DNA of 64,000 nt. It comes from Salpingoeca rosetta. Its lineage: Eukaryota; Protista; Choanoflagellata. The position numbers and the translations under genes were made by a program. The stretch covers positions 1,394,473 to 1,458,472 of the forward strand of contig JAWQFM010000003.1 of NCBI GenBank assembly GCA_033442325.1, written 5' to 3'. This document shows positions 1-15,600 of this stretch, piece after piece. Position 1 is the stretch's first letter. Each line of letters begins with the position of its first letter. The notes beneath the pieces were generated by a model, which had not been told where the DNA came from, made no database searches, and saw nothing but the letters and a program-made list of their open reading frames with translations.

Positions 1-264
1 GAAATGCAACACATGACAAGCACCCTGCAGCAGCACACCATCTCTGAAATCAAAACAAACGCAACGGCGTCAATACAGAACGCCCTGGACACAGCCACCG
101 CATCGGCCCAAAAGATGAAGCAGCTCTTCGAGGAGACGCAGGCAGCAAAGGTGTGTGTGTGTGTGTGTGTGTGTGCGTAGGTTGGCTGGATGTCTGGTCG
201 TAGTTTGTGGCTGTGATGGCGTGATTGCCTTGCTCTCATGCCTGTTCGTGCACACACACACACA

Positions 265-360
<96 letters not shown>

Positions 361-459
361 GACGATAGGTCGCTTTATCGCCCCGAAAAAACTGCACGAA
401 ACGCAAAACAAGATGTAATAAGAGAAGCTATATCGTCAACACAGAGAAGAGAGAAGTAA
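1..459 (+). CDS. 3' end of unknown gene (exons 1-150 and 361-459), possibly coiled-coil
   Basis: Frame 1 open across 1-150 (EMQHMTSTLQQHTISEIK...EETQAAK), GT donor at 151, (CT)n-TAG acceptor at 360, in-phase exon DDRSLYRPEK...RREK then TAA 457-459. No recognisable family. Confidence 0.45.
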
Positions 460-469
460 GACAATAACA

Positions 470-569
470 NNNNNNNNNNNNNNNNNNNNNNNNNNNNNNN
501 NNNNNNNNNNNNNNNNNNNNNNNNNNNNNNNNNNNNNNNNNNNNNNNNNNNNNNNNNNNNNNNNNNNNN
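470..569. other. Assembly gap (N run)
   Basis: Run of N. Confidence 0.99.
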
Positions 570-585
570 AGGGGGGGGGGGGGTG

Positions 586-668
586 TCGCTTCGCAAACAG
601 GACATCGCGCGCGTGGGCCTCAAACACACGGAGGTTTCCCCACAGCGCACATCACACGAGCAGCGTGC
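586..668 (-). promoter_or_regulatory. Candidate type II SECIS element in SelK 3'UTR
   Basis: Minus strand: CGCUgcUCGU-GUGAU-GUGCGCUGUGGG-G-AAA-CCUC(loop)GAGG-CCCACGCGCG-CGAU...GCGA-AGCG. Has UGAN/NGAN core, GC-rich helix II (needs two bulges), unpaired AAA and apical mini-stem, ~190 nt after the SelK stop. Confidence 0.7.
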
Positions 669-848
669 AACACACGCGCACAGGCACTCGCAGGCACACA
701 CAGGCACACATGGAAGAACATGTGTGCATTTGCGTGCGCGTTTGCATGTGTGCCCGCGCGAGGGCGTGTACGGGCTGCTCATCCTGCTTGCACGTCACCA
801 ACTCGTTGCTTTCAAGCGCAAGTTGCGAAAACAGGAGCTTGAAAGCGT

Positions 849-2110
<1,262 letters not shown>

Positions 2111-2539
2111 TGTTGGTGGTGTGGTTGTGCCTGCTAGCTGGCTGGAAATGCCAACCAACAACAACGCCACAGCCGCAAACCATTCCCGCAAGCGACAGCA
2201 CGAATTACAGGTAAGAATTTTTCGTTAAAGTCTTAGGTGAATTATCTGCGAGACAAAGGACTACTTGGCGCTGCTGTCGTGCAATTTCCTCGTGTCTGCG
2301 ATCCACACGCACAACGACGATTGTTGTCCTGCACCGCTGCACCCACGTTGCCTTCGACTGGAAGAAGCCAAGACAAGCCAAGAGAGGGAAAAGGAGAGCC
2401 GCTGTGCCTTGGAAGAACACGCACGCACACACACACTCTCTCTCACGCACACACACCCCTTTTCCAGTCAAAGGGCAGGAGCGAACAAGGCAAATCGCTG
2501 TCGTTCAACGCAAACAAAAATACAAACACAAACACAACC

Positions 2540-4381
<1,842 letters not shown>

Positions 4382-4874
4382 CTCCTACGTGGCACGGTTC
4401 TGTCCGTTGTTTGTGCCTTGTCTGTGCATACGCTCCACATGTCCCACAACATGTGCCAACGCAAGTATATTTCTTGGGCTTGGCGATTGCCCCATCGATT
4501 TACTGCCCGCGCCCACTCGCAAATACACACACACACATACACACAATATACACACACATACACATCTCCCTGTCTCTTTCTTGACCCTCCGGTTGGCGCG
4601 CAACACATGGTTACAATGCAGTACAACGACACCATGATGATGACAGAGACGATAGGATGCTGGAGTTGTCACTGTTCATTGGACACTCGACACACAGGCA
4701 CACACGCCCAGACACACAGGCACACAGAATGACGCATACGCATTGGGACGAGGGTTGGCATGATCGGAAAAGAAGCACACAACACTACACAGCACCCCCA
4801 CAACACTACAGAACTCCACAGCACTGCACAAACAACAGCTCACGATACAGCACACGACACAGCGCAAGCGGTTT

Positions 4875-5869
4875 TCACAAGAAGGCGGGCATCTCACCCC
4901 GCTTGTCCAGGATGTGAACATACTTGCGCCTGCATGTACAGCACAAACCAAGGGTTAGAGGTTGCGCGCAACGTGGGTGCTCAGCGTGGAAAAAGGTGGA
5001 TATGCATGCCAGTACACAAGTTGGCGTGTGACAGTACAAGCAGGGGGTAAAAAATAAGACATACTTGTTTGGGCCGTCACGCGTGCGGGTAAACTTAACA
5101 AAGCCATCGGTCAGTGCATACAAAGTGTGGTCACGGCCCATGCCGACCTATAGCAACATGAAACAGACCAAAGGGGGGGGGGGGAGGGTGCGTGTGTGTG
5201 TGTGTGTGTGCGTGTGTGTGTGTGTGTGTGTGTGAGTGTGTGTGTGTGTGTGAGTGTGTGTGAGTGCGTGTGAATCAGTGTGTAAGTGGATGAGGAAGTG
5301 TGAAAGGAAGGCTTGAACGCGTGGTTGGATATATACGTACGTTGAGGCCCGGGTGGACGTCTGTTCCTCGCTGTCGCACAACAATGTTTCCAGAAACCAC
5401 AGCGCACCCTGCAAGTCGCAAATGCGCGACACAAGCAAGACGAACGCCATGGTGAAAAACAGTGAACAAGGCACACATACACAGACACACATAGACACAC
5501 ATAGACACACACAGACACACACAGACACACACAGACACAAAGATACACACATGCACACACACAAAGATACACACACACAAAGATACACGCATGCATGCAC
5601 ACACAAACACGCACACACACACACACAAAGATACACGCATGCACACGCACACACACATCTACATGCACACCTTCTGATTTCTTGATGCCGAGGCGCTTGC
5701 CGGCCGTTTTCCTGCCATTGTTGGTGGAGCCGCCAGCCTTCTTACTGGCAGCACGGGAAGCCACAAGCAAGCACGGCACACACGCTGCCTTTGCAACAGC
5801 AACAGCAGGTGCAGCAGCAGCAGCGCGAGCCGCCGTCAACCACCTTCCCCCCATCAAACACGCCATCAT
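4875..5869 (-). CDS. MRPL27: Mitochondrial ribosomal protein L27 (bL27m)
   Basis: Four exons: Ala/Arg-rich presequence then ASKKAGGSTNNGRKTAGKRLGIKKSEG / CAVVSGNIVVRQRGTDVHPGLN / VGMGRDHTLYALTDGFVKF / RKYVHILD...AFL*; classic L27 signature. Confidence 0.93.
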
Positions 5870-6075
5870 GTTGTTGCTTTTTCTCCTTTGTGGTGAAAAT
5901 TGACTTTGGATGCAAAGGCAAATTTGCCCTTTGCGCAGCGCAACAAACACGACCCGACGAAACAGCAAGCAAGAGAAGAGAGCGAGACGTGAGGCGGTTG
6001 GTGGCTGACACCACACAAGGACACACCTCGCGGACACACCCCAACACACACACACGCACACACACACACACACAC

Positions 6076-6112
<37 letters not shown>

Positions 6113-6223
6113 AACACAGGCAAGCATTCACGCCGAGGCAAGCGTGCGTAGTTTTCGACAAGCAAAGCCAGCAAAAGCCAGCAAGCAAAGCCAGCAAAGG
6201 GGAACACAACAGAAGTAAGGAAG

Positions 6224-7143
6224 ATGTTGCGCCGGCAAGTCTTGGACCGGCGATGCAGAGCTTCAACCAAGGACCCACACTCGGAAATACGGCTTGAAGA
6301 GCCCGCCACAACATTTGGACGCGGGTCACGGTGCAACGTCAACTTCGACAACCTGTACATCTCCCGCGTGCACGCCACCATTGAGAAACAGCAGGACGGA
6401 ACGTACCTGCTCAAGGTGGGCGGGCAAAACGGCGCCTGTGTGAACGACGTCGTGCAACGAGAGGTGAGCCCCGAAAATCACGCACGCGCACACGCACACG
6501 CACACTGCGAACTAACTCAAGTTGCAGGCAACTCTATCGACTCATCTACGCGTGTGTTGTGCGTGTGTGTGGTGTGTGTGGTTTTTTTTTTTGACACGTG
6601 TTGGTGGCTTGCCTTTATTGCTGTCCTCTGTGGATTCTCTGAACCTTGCTTGTGAAGCTGTTTTGCTGTGGCTTGTCGACCCATGATGGCCGGTCGACCA
6701 CGTTCTCATCCATGTTTCTGCGTGTCCGCATGACGCGTTTGCTCCTTTCATTGGCTGCTGCTGTGCCGCCAGGTGCAACTGCGGGATGGCGACGTGATTT
6801 CCTTTGGTGGCGTGCCCCCAAACCACGCGCCCGGCGCTTCTTGTCAGGCAGAAACGGACCTCAACTACATCTTCCAAACATCAAGCTCAAACCAGCAACA
6901 CCCAGTCAGTGTGCGCGCGTGTACGCGCGCGCGCGTGTGTGTGCACTTGTGTGTGTGTGTGTGTGTGTGTGTGTGCACTTGTGTGTGTGTGTGTGTGCAC
7001 TTGTGTGTGTGTGTGCACTTGTGTGTGTGTGTGTGCACTTGTAGCCCCCAACTCAAGATTCTTTGCCGCGGCACTGACATCAGCGTGGCTTGTCCTCGAT
7101 TGTTTGTGCCAGGGCACGCTTGACCCAGGGAACTGCAATAATC

Positions 7144-7232
<89 letters not shown>

Positions 7233-8520
7233 ACGCTGGCGTTGGCTGATGCAGAGCAACACCAACCAGAGGCCAAGTCTGCCACGACCAGCAACGAGCC
7301 AGCTGAAGTGGTCATTCTTGATGACGAAGAAGATGATGATGACGAGGATGACGACGACGGGAATGATGGTAGCGGCGATGGGGTGGAAGTGCAGTTGCAA
7401 GGGGAAGAGCGCAATGCGAAACGCTCCGCGTTGCAACGGGCGAAACGGTCCACAAGCGCCACCAACGGCACAAGCAACGAACGTGCCGCCACAGTGACGA
7501 TTGACCTCTCTGATGAGGACGACACTGATAAGGGCAGCCAAGACACAGCAGCGGCCGTCCACACCATCGACGACAACGACGACGACGATGGTGATGGTGA
7601 TGGTGGCAGCTCGAAACGGGCAAAAACCGCGGCATCGTCGCCGTCTGCTGCCGCCAAGCAGCTTGACATGACGTCGGAGTGCGAGTGTGCCATCTGCATG
7701 TCCATCATGGCGCTTCCCGCCACATTTGGTTGCGGCCACAGCTTCTGTCGCCTGTGCACCCTTGAACTCCTCAAATCGTACGTGTGTGTGTGTGTGTGTG
7801 TGTGTGTGTCTGTGTGGCTGTGTGTGGCTGTGTGTGTGTCTTCTTACCCTGTGCTGCGCGACGCTAGTGCTGCGTGACGCTCGTGCTGTGATCACCACAT
7901 CCCCTCTCCCGACCTCAATCACCGACACCTCCCCCCCCCCCCCAAACACACACACACAAACCGCACCCACCAGCCCGAACGCGCGGTGTCCGCACTGCCG
8001 GCAGCCCGTGAAGCAGGTGCTTGAGCGCAGCTTCATGGTGGAGAGCGTCATTGAGCGTCTCATGGCCACCAAGCCCGACGACGACGAAGCCAAGATCGAC
8101 TGGAAGGAGCGCGTGCAGGCTGCAAAGTCGCTGCCCGCGCCAGCCGTTTGCACACGCGCTTCACGCTCGGCGGGGATGTACAGCGGCGGCTATGGTGGCG
8201 AGTACGTGCAGGCCATGCTGCACCGGGTTGGCGCGGCGGCAAATGCGCTGGGCCAACACGTGATGGCGTTTCCCGGTCATGCTGCCCAACACCACCAGCC
8301 CCATTACCACCCACTACCACCACCGCCTCAACCGCAGCAACAGCAACAGCAACAACAACAACAACAACAGCAGCCACGAACGTCTGGGCACTGGAAGTTC
8401 TCGTATGCGACAAACGGGCGGGCGATATGCCGCAAGTGCTATCAGAACATCCCCGTGCGATCCGTCCGCGTCGGCCATATCAGCGGGGCAACAACACGTG
8501 CGTACGCCGTTGTTTCTTTG

Positions 8521-8565
<45 letters not shown>

Positions 8566-8938
8566 CGTGTGCGTGTGCGTGTGCGTGTGCGTGTGCGTGT
8601 GCGTGTGCGTGTGCGTGTGCGTGTGCGTGTGCGTGTGTGTGTGGCGACTCTCACCCTTGCCCGTTGCGCATGTCCTGAGCAACGCCTCCCACCCTCTCCC
8701 GACTCCTTGCTCATGAATTGGACGTGCCACTTGTGCTACTCGACAGGGTATTTTCATCTGCATTGTGGCGTTCACTTGATGATGCAGCTGCGACTGCAGC
8801 CAGGGCCACAACAACTGGCTGCCCTGACACAAAGCGATCAGGTGCGTGTGGTTGTACGTTTGTGTATGCTGTGTGCGTTACGTGTCACGTGCGTGTGCGT
8901 GCTCTGTGTGCGTGTGTGTGTGTGTGTGCGTGTGCGTG

Positions 8939-9000
<62 letters not shown>

Positions 9001-9173
9001 CGTGTGTGTGTGTGTGTGTGTGTGCGACGTGTGTTATGTGTGTCCATTCACTGCACACTGCACACTGTACGCGATGCCTCATCCCAGGCCACCCTTTGCC
9101 CAAAACCCCGTTCACTCACCCAAACCATTCGCGTGTGCTCTGACAGCGCAACGTCCAAGATCTGTTCCGATGA
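6224..9173 (+). CDS. FHA + RING + PARP-type zinc finger protein (RNF8/CHFR-like E3 ubiquitin ligase)
   Basis: About 6 exons. FHA: TTFGRG..C......ISRVHA..NG..VN / LRDGDVISFG. RING C3HC4: CAIC..CGHSFC..C / CPHCR. C-terminal YATNGRAICRKC..IP..SVRVG / YFHLHC. Last exon RNVQDLFR* ends at 9173. Confidence 0.85.
7143..7232 (+). repeat. Pure (CAA)n repeat encoding ~30 Gln inside the FHA-RING gene
   Basis: Uninterrupted CAA run in the frame continuous with the RING exon. Confidence 0.85.
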
Positions 9174-9542
9174 GTGCATGGCGTCCTGCGACAAGAGGCA
9201 CGCCGCATCCCCGCTCGCTGCCTCTGTCGCTGTCTCGTCTTGGTTCCTGTAATGCTGCTGTAATGTAAACTTGATTGACTCTGGTGTTTGTTTCGGGCGT
9301 GTAAACTAAAGTGGGCGGCTGGCGCTACACCGCTTCCCTCCTCCTCCTCCTCCTCCTTCTTCGCCGCTTGCCTGCTCCATGTTTGTTTTTGTTCTTGTTT
9401 CTCCGACTACGATGACTTGTAAACGTATCAACACTTGTGTGCTAGTCGGCATCAGTGGACGAATGGATGTGTGTGTGTGTGTGAGTGTGTGTGAATGAGT
9501 GATTTGCCATCCCAATTGGTTTCATGGTCCTTCCACCTTCCA

Positions 9543-9645
<103 letters not shown>

Positions 9646-9882
9646 CACACACCACCCAAGAAACAAAGTCCAGATCAGATCATGGCGGGTGGTAAAATTT
9701 GCTGCGATGTTCCTAATTTTCATCAATCCACAACTCTCAACGACTTCTTGGCATTCAAATCAACAAGAAGAACAACACCAACAAAGACGCCACCAACAAA
9801 AGGACACCCTTCCCTTTCTGTGCCACACACACCCCTTCAGAAGATACAGAGAGCCAAGCACAATCAAGCGAGCAAGGGGAGG

Positions 9883-10253
9883 ATGGTGGCGTTGGTGCGC
9901 GCCTTGTACGATTATGCAGGCGATCCTTCAAGGTAACAACACAACACCCCAATGCACGCGCAGCTTAGCCAATGTTGCATGCGACCGACCAACACAACAA
10001 ACAATGCAGCGGCTTGTGGTCATGTTTGTGTTCTGTGTCTGCTTCGTTTTGGCCGGGTGTTGTCCTTCCGTTTTGACGCATGGACTTCCTGTGTTGACCC
10101 CTTTTGCCCTGCAACTGACCTTGTCTTCCCGCTCTCACACGTTTGTCGTTCCTGCCCATATGCGCCACCGACATCCCATTCCAACCTCTACTTTGTCGTA
10201 TCCGCCTTTTGCTGACGCCCATGTGCCTCCTCCTCCTCCTCCTCCTCCTCCTC

Positions 10254-10286
<33 letters not shown>

Positions 10287-11413
10287 ACATGGTTGGCACA
10301 GCAACACCCCGGCGTTTGCCAAAGGGGAGATCATGACACTGATCACACAGCACCCAAACGGGTGGCTGGAGGTGGAGAAAACAGATGGCACACGCGGGTA
10401 TGTCTCCCCAGCATGGGTGGAGAGCGTCGCCAGCAATGAGAAAACCGCGGCTGCAGAGGAGGAATCCAGCCCCGAGCCAACGCCCGACGAGCAGCACGGC
10501 GCTACTGCAGCACAAGAAGGTGAACAGGCCCAGAAAGTCCACGCGCAAGAGGAGCACGCGCCAACGTCGTCAGCCTCGACGCAGGGCAGCAGCGCGAGGA
10601 GCAGCGAAGCAGGCAGCATGGACCACGCGCCACGTGACCAAGAAGACGCACACGACCCCAACAAGGCCACGGAACAGGGGAGCCAGCCGTTGAGCAACGG
10701 CGACACGCAAGTCCACTCGCCATCAAAGCCGGTCTCCGCTTCCTCCAGCAGCAACACCCTGACGGTGGGCGACGCCAAACCCCAGCTCGAGCGCAAACCC
10801 ACGGACTGGGGCAACCTCACGCCAGACACCCGCCCGCTCACCTTGCGGCAGGCACGCGCGGAGAAGCCGGCACCACCGGTCCGCAAGTCGTCAAATCTGA
10901 CGGTGAAGCTGGAGACGAGTCACGAGGACGCAGATGCAAACGAGTCCACGACGGACGACCTTGTCCTGTATGGCCACGACGACGACGACGACGACAATGA
11001 TGTGAACGTGGACAGGAACAGAGGCAGCCGTGTTGGCAGTGGCGATGGTGGTGATGGTGGTGATGGTGGTGATCAGCATGCGCAGAGGAGTGATAGACAA
11101 CGACTGGCGCAAGCACAGGATGAGAAGCAGGGTCATGTGCACGCGGCGATTGCCAACGCGGTGCACGGTGAGGATGACGTGGCCGAGGACAGCGATGACA
11201 TGTACGACAACATCCACGATGGCGAGCTCCAGGAGCAGCCGGAATCCGACGCGGGCGCACACGCGCACGGCCGAGGGGACGCACAGCCGCCGATCAAGCC
11301 GCCGCGCCTTCACATCACAGACGACGACACAACATGTGACACTGATGGCGGCGGTCGCAGCACGCGTGGTGCTGATGATAACAGCGATGCACACACGTCT
11401 CAACACAACCACG

Positions 11414-11463
<50 letters not shown>

Positions 11464-13407
11464 GTGAGCCATCGTCGTGATGACAGCTGGAGCGACACGC
11501 GTTCAGCACCGGGTCGCGCTGGCGTGAGCGGCCTCTCCGTGGATGTGCAAGCAGCAGCGGCGGTGACAGAGCAGGCGCCAAAGAGTGCACCTGTTCGTCC
11601 GCGCCCAAAGCCGCGACCAGGGAGGCCCGGGCACAGCCGGCAGGGGTCGCACGCAGACAACATCGCACTGCACCCGGCAGATGCAGACGAGGTGCCTCAC
11701 GCGCCCGTGTGTATTGTGTGTGCGAAATGTGTGTGTGTGTGTGTGTGTGATCGTGTGTGTGTGTGTGATCGTGTGATCGTGTGTGTGTGTGTGTGTAGGG
11801 GGCCTGTTTGTGATTGCGTCATCATGTGTGTGTATGTGTGTACTGATGCTCATGCGTGCAAGGGGCTGCGCCCTGCGTGCAAGGGGCTGCGCCCTGTGGT
11901 ACACCAACTCTCCAAACTTACACCCTCACAATTGCATCAAATCAGCATGGCGCCCGTCCTCCCATCTCGCCGAGGCCAAAACGCGCATCTGTGCACGGCG
12001 CTTTCCATCAGCAGCTCGAAGCAACGCTTAAGATTGGCGTAAAGGCGAGTCAGCCAACCCTCACGCGGCTATCGCTGCTAACGCTGCTACTGATGCTGTC
12101 GCTGTCGGTGTTGGGGGGAGGCAATGATGTTGTGAGACTATGTGAAAGTGTGTCCGCGTGTGCCTGTCCAATGGTCGCCATTCATGCCTAATGTGCTCGG
12201 CCTGCAATTTCTCTTCTTGTTTGACAGCCTCCTCGACCGCCAGGACGAACAGTCGTGACCGAAGGTTAGTTTGCTTGCAGGCACGTCCTTTGCTGCTCGT
12301 GTGTTTCGCTGTAACACACACAACTGCTTCGCCACCCAACCCAACCTCACCTCACCTCACTTCACATCGCGACCATTACCACCACCGCCCCTATTTCGAC
12401 GACTCGCAGCACCGCCCCCACCATCGTCCTCGGGTGCGGCAGAGGAAGAACGGCCTGTTCCCTTCAGAAAAGCGCCCGCACCGCCGCCACCAGCGGTGAG
12501 CATGGCAGGACCAACAGGGCTGGGGTGATGCTGTGTTGTGTGGTGTGACGACAGTTTCATGTGTTGGCGCACATGATTGTTTTGCTTGTTTCGTGTGCAC
12601 CCAGCAGGCTTGCGTGCGTACACATGTACGCGTGCACTCTTGCGTGCGTGTATTCTCGCGTGCGTGCGTATGTGCATGCATCGTGCCACCACCATCATGT
12701 ATCCTCATCTCAGCTGGTTGGTTGTCGTACATGTTAGGTGCGGTCGCGGCGGCCAGAGTCGATGGTCTCTGGACCTGCGAGTAGACAGTCTCCACACTCA
12801 ACATCGCCGCACCTCCCAGCTGAGGTGAGGGTAACGCCTGTGCACTGTGCACGTGAAATCGCTTGTTTCGTGCACACTCGCGCATGCAGCAGCTGAAGCG
12901 TCCTTTTCTTGTACATTGCCTCCTTTGTCCTTTGCCTCGTCGCTCCTTTGATCACACACTAACCATTTTGTTTTTCCATTTCTTTATGGGGTATTGCCTT
13001 CCCACCCCACACTCTCTTTGTCTTTGGGAACGGAATTGCTTCGCGAGCAGTCTGCGGATCACAGCGCCACCGCATCGCCGCACCCGCCAGACGCACACGA
13101 GCACGCACCGACAACGGCCCACGATGAACACCACCACCACCACCACCAGCAGCAGCAGCAGCAGCAGCTAGCCCGTGCGGATACGGTAGATGAAGATGAT
13201 GTTGATGGTGTTGATGATGATGTTGATGATGATGACGGTGGCGATGGTGACGATGTCGGTGTCGATGAGGAGAGTGGTGCTGCGATGAAATCGGTTGTGA
13301 ATGTGACAGTTGAAGAGGCAGGCGAAGGGCATCAACAGCAACTGCCGCAGCAGGAAGAGCAAGTCATTTCGCTCAAGGGCCACTTGGAACGGAAGCTCAT
13401 CCGAGAG

Positions 13408-13506
<99 letters not shown>

Positions 13507-13579
13507 ACCCTTGTCGCGGTTGGCGCTCGCCACGACAATCGTGCATCTTACATACTTGTCTGTTTGTGCTCTCGTGCGT

Positions 13580-13611
<32 letters not shown>

Positions 13612-14085
13612 ACGCGCACACCACAGGGCGGGAAAGATGTGCGGCGGCGCCAGTGGCACAAAGTGTATGCGGCTGTAGAGGGCCCGTTGCTCGTCCTCTT
13701 TGGCAGCAAGAAGGACTTTGAGAAGGTATCAAGGATGGTCGCTGATGTTATTGTTGGCAGTGCTCACATGTGTTGTTACGCGGGCGTGACGGCTGGGTGT
13801 ACTGGCTTTGTTAGCTGCGAGATGAATGGGGTGGATGAATGGGTGGGATGGAGGCTGCCAGCTATGATTCACATTTGCTCGTGAATGTGTAGAACCAAGC
13901 ACACAATCACACATGCACGATATCGCGCACGCGCGCAACTCACATGCACATGACGCTGGACCACTGCAGCAAAAGAAGCCGACGTCTGTTCTCGATCTGA
14001 TGCGCAACGACGTGCTGGTCGATGAGGAGTACACGAAGCGCGATTACGTCTTCAAGCTCGAGGGGCCACAGAACAAGTGCGTTGC

Positions 14086-14173
<88 letters not shown>

Positions 14174-14175
14174 GG

Positions 14176-14260
<85 letters not shown>

Positions 14261-14526
14261 GGTTATCTTCCTTGAGTCTCCTCGCCATTCCCGCACTCGT
14301 AGCCAGTCTCACACAAGCACCACGACTTCATTTATGTGTGTGTACAGGATGCTGTTCCAGGCTGGCTCTGAGGGCGAGCGCGTGCGGTGGCTGCAGGCGA
14401 TCAACCGCGTCAAGACAGGCAGCTCAGGCGCCGGCCCAGGTTGTGCATGTATGCATATGTGTGTGTACGTGTTGAAGAAGAAGAGGGCTGCATGTGAATG
14501 TGAATGTGTGCGTGTTGTGTGTTGTG

Positions 14527-14602
<76 letters not shown>

Positions 14603-15565
14603 AAGTGCTCCTCCCACCCCGTCCGTGTTCCTGAGGCCCTTGTTGTGCACTCACATCCTCGCGTGTGCACTGCTCACAATTGTGTGATCATCTTCGCAGC
14701 CGTTGACGACCGACAACGTGCACACACGTTCGCTGGATCGCGACGCGAGAAGCGCAGCCCAAAGCAGCGCAACAAGCGCCACTCCTACATGTGCGTTTCA
14801 CACACGCACATGAGTGCTTCTGTGTGTGTGTGCATGTGTGTGAATGTGTGTGTGCGTGTGCGTGCGTGCATGGGTGTGTGAATGTATGTGTGAATGTATG
14901 TGTGTGAATGTGTGTGTGTCATGAAGGTTACATTCGTTGCGTTTTGACACCCCAGCTCTCGCTCTGTTCCCGTCCCCATCTCATGTCCCTCACCACTTGC
15001 CATGCTCGCACATGCTTGCTTTCTTTGCCAGCCCGGACATGGATGCCGGTTCTCCGAAAGAGAAGGACGCCGGCTATGGATATGTGCGCCGCCGCCTCAA
15101 CAAATACCTCCGCGCCCGTCCAAAGAAGCAAGAGCTCGTCTCAAAGGGCATCATTGAATGTGCGTGTGGGTGTGTACATGTGAGCGTCAGTGAGTGTGAG
15201 TGTGAGTGAGATTGTGTACGTGTGTGTGATGGTGTGTGTACACGTGTGCGTGAGTGTGTGTATGTGTGTGTGTTGTCGTTGTTCGTTGCTTGTGTTTATT
15301 CTTGGGCGTGATTTGCTTGTGATCGACTTGACGGCGACATGTGTCTCCTCTGACCGCTTGCGTGCCTGTAACCCATCACCGCAGCCACTAACTTGTCATC
15401 ACCACCACTGTCACTACAGTTCCTGTCTTTGGCGGGACCATTTCGCACCAAGTGGATCTCGAGCGGTCTGTTGCCTCTGTCCCAAACGTCCCCATCATCG
15501 TCGTCAAGGTATGCGTGTGTGTGTGTGAGTGAGTGTGCGTGTGTGCGCGCACGCGTGTGTGTGCC

Positions 15566-15600
<35 letters not shown>

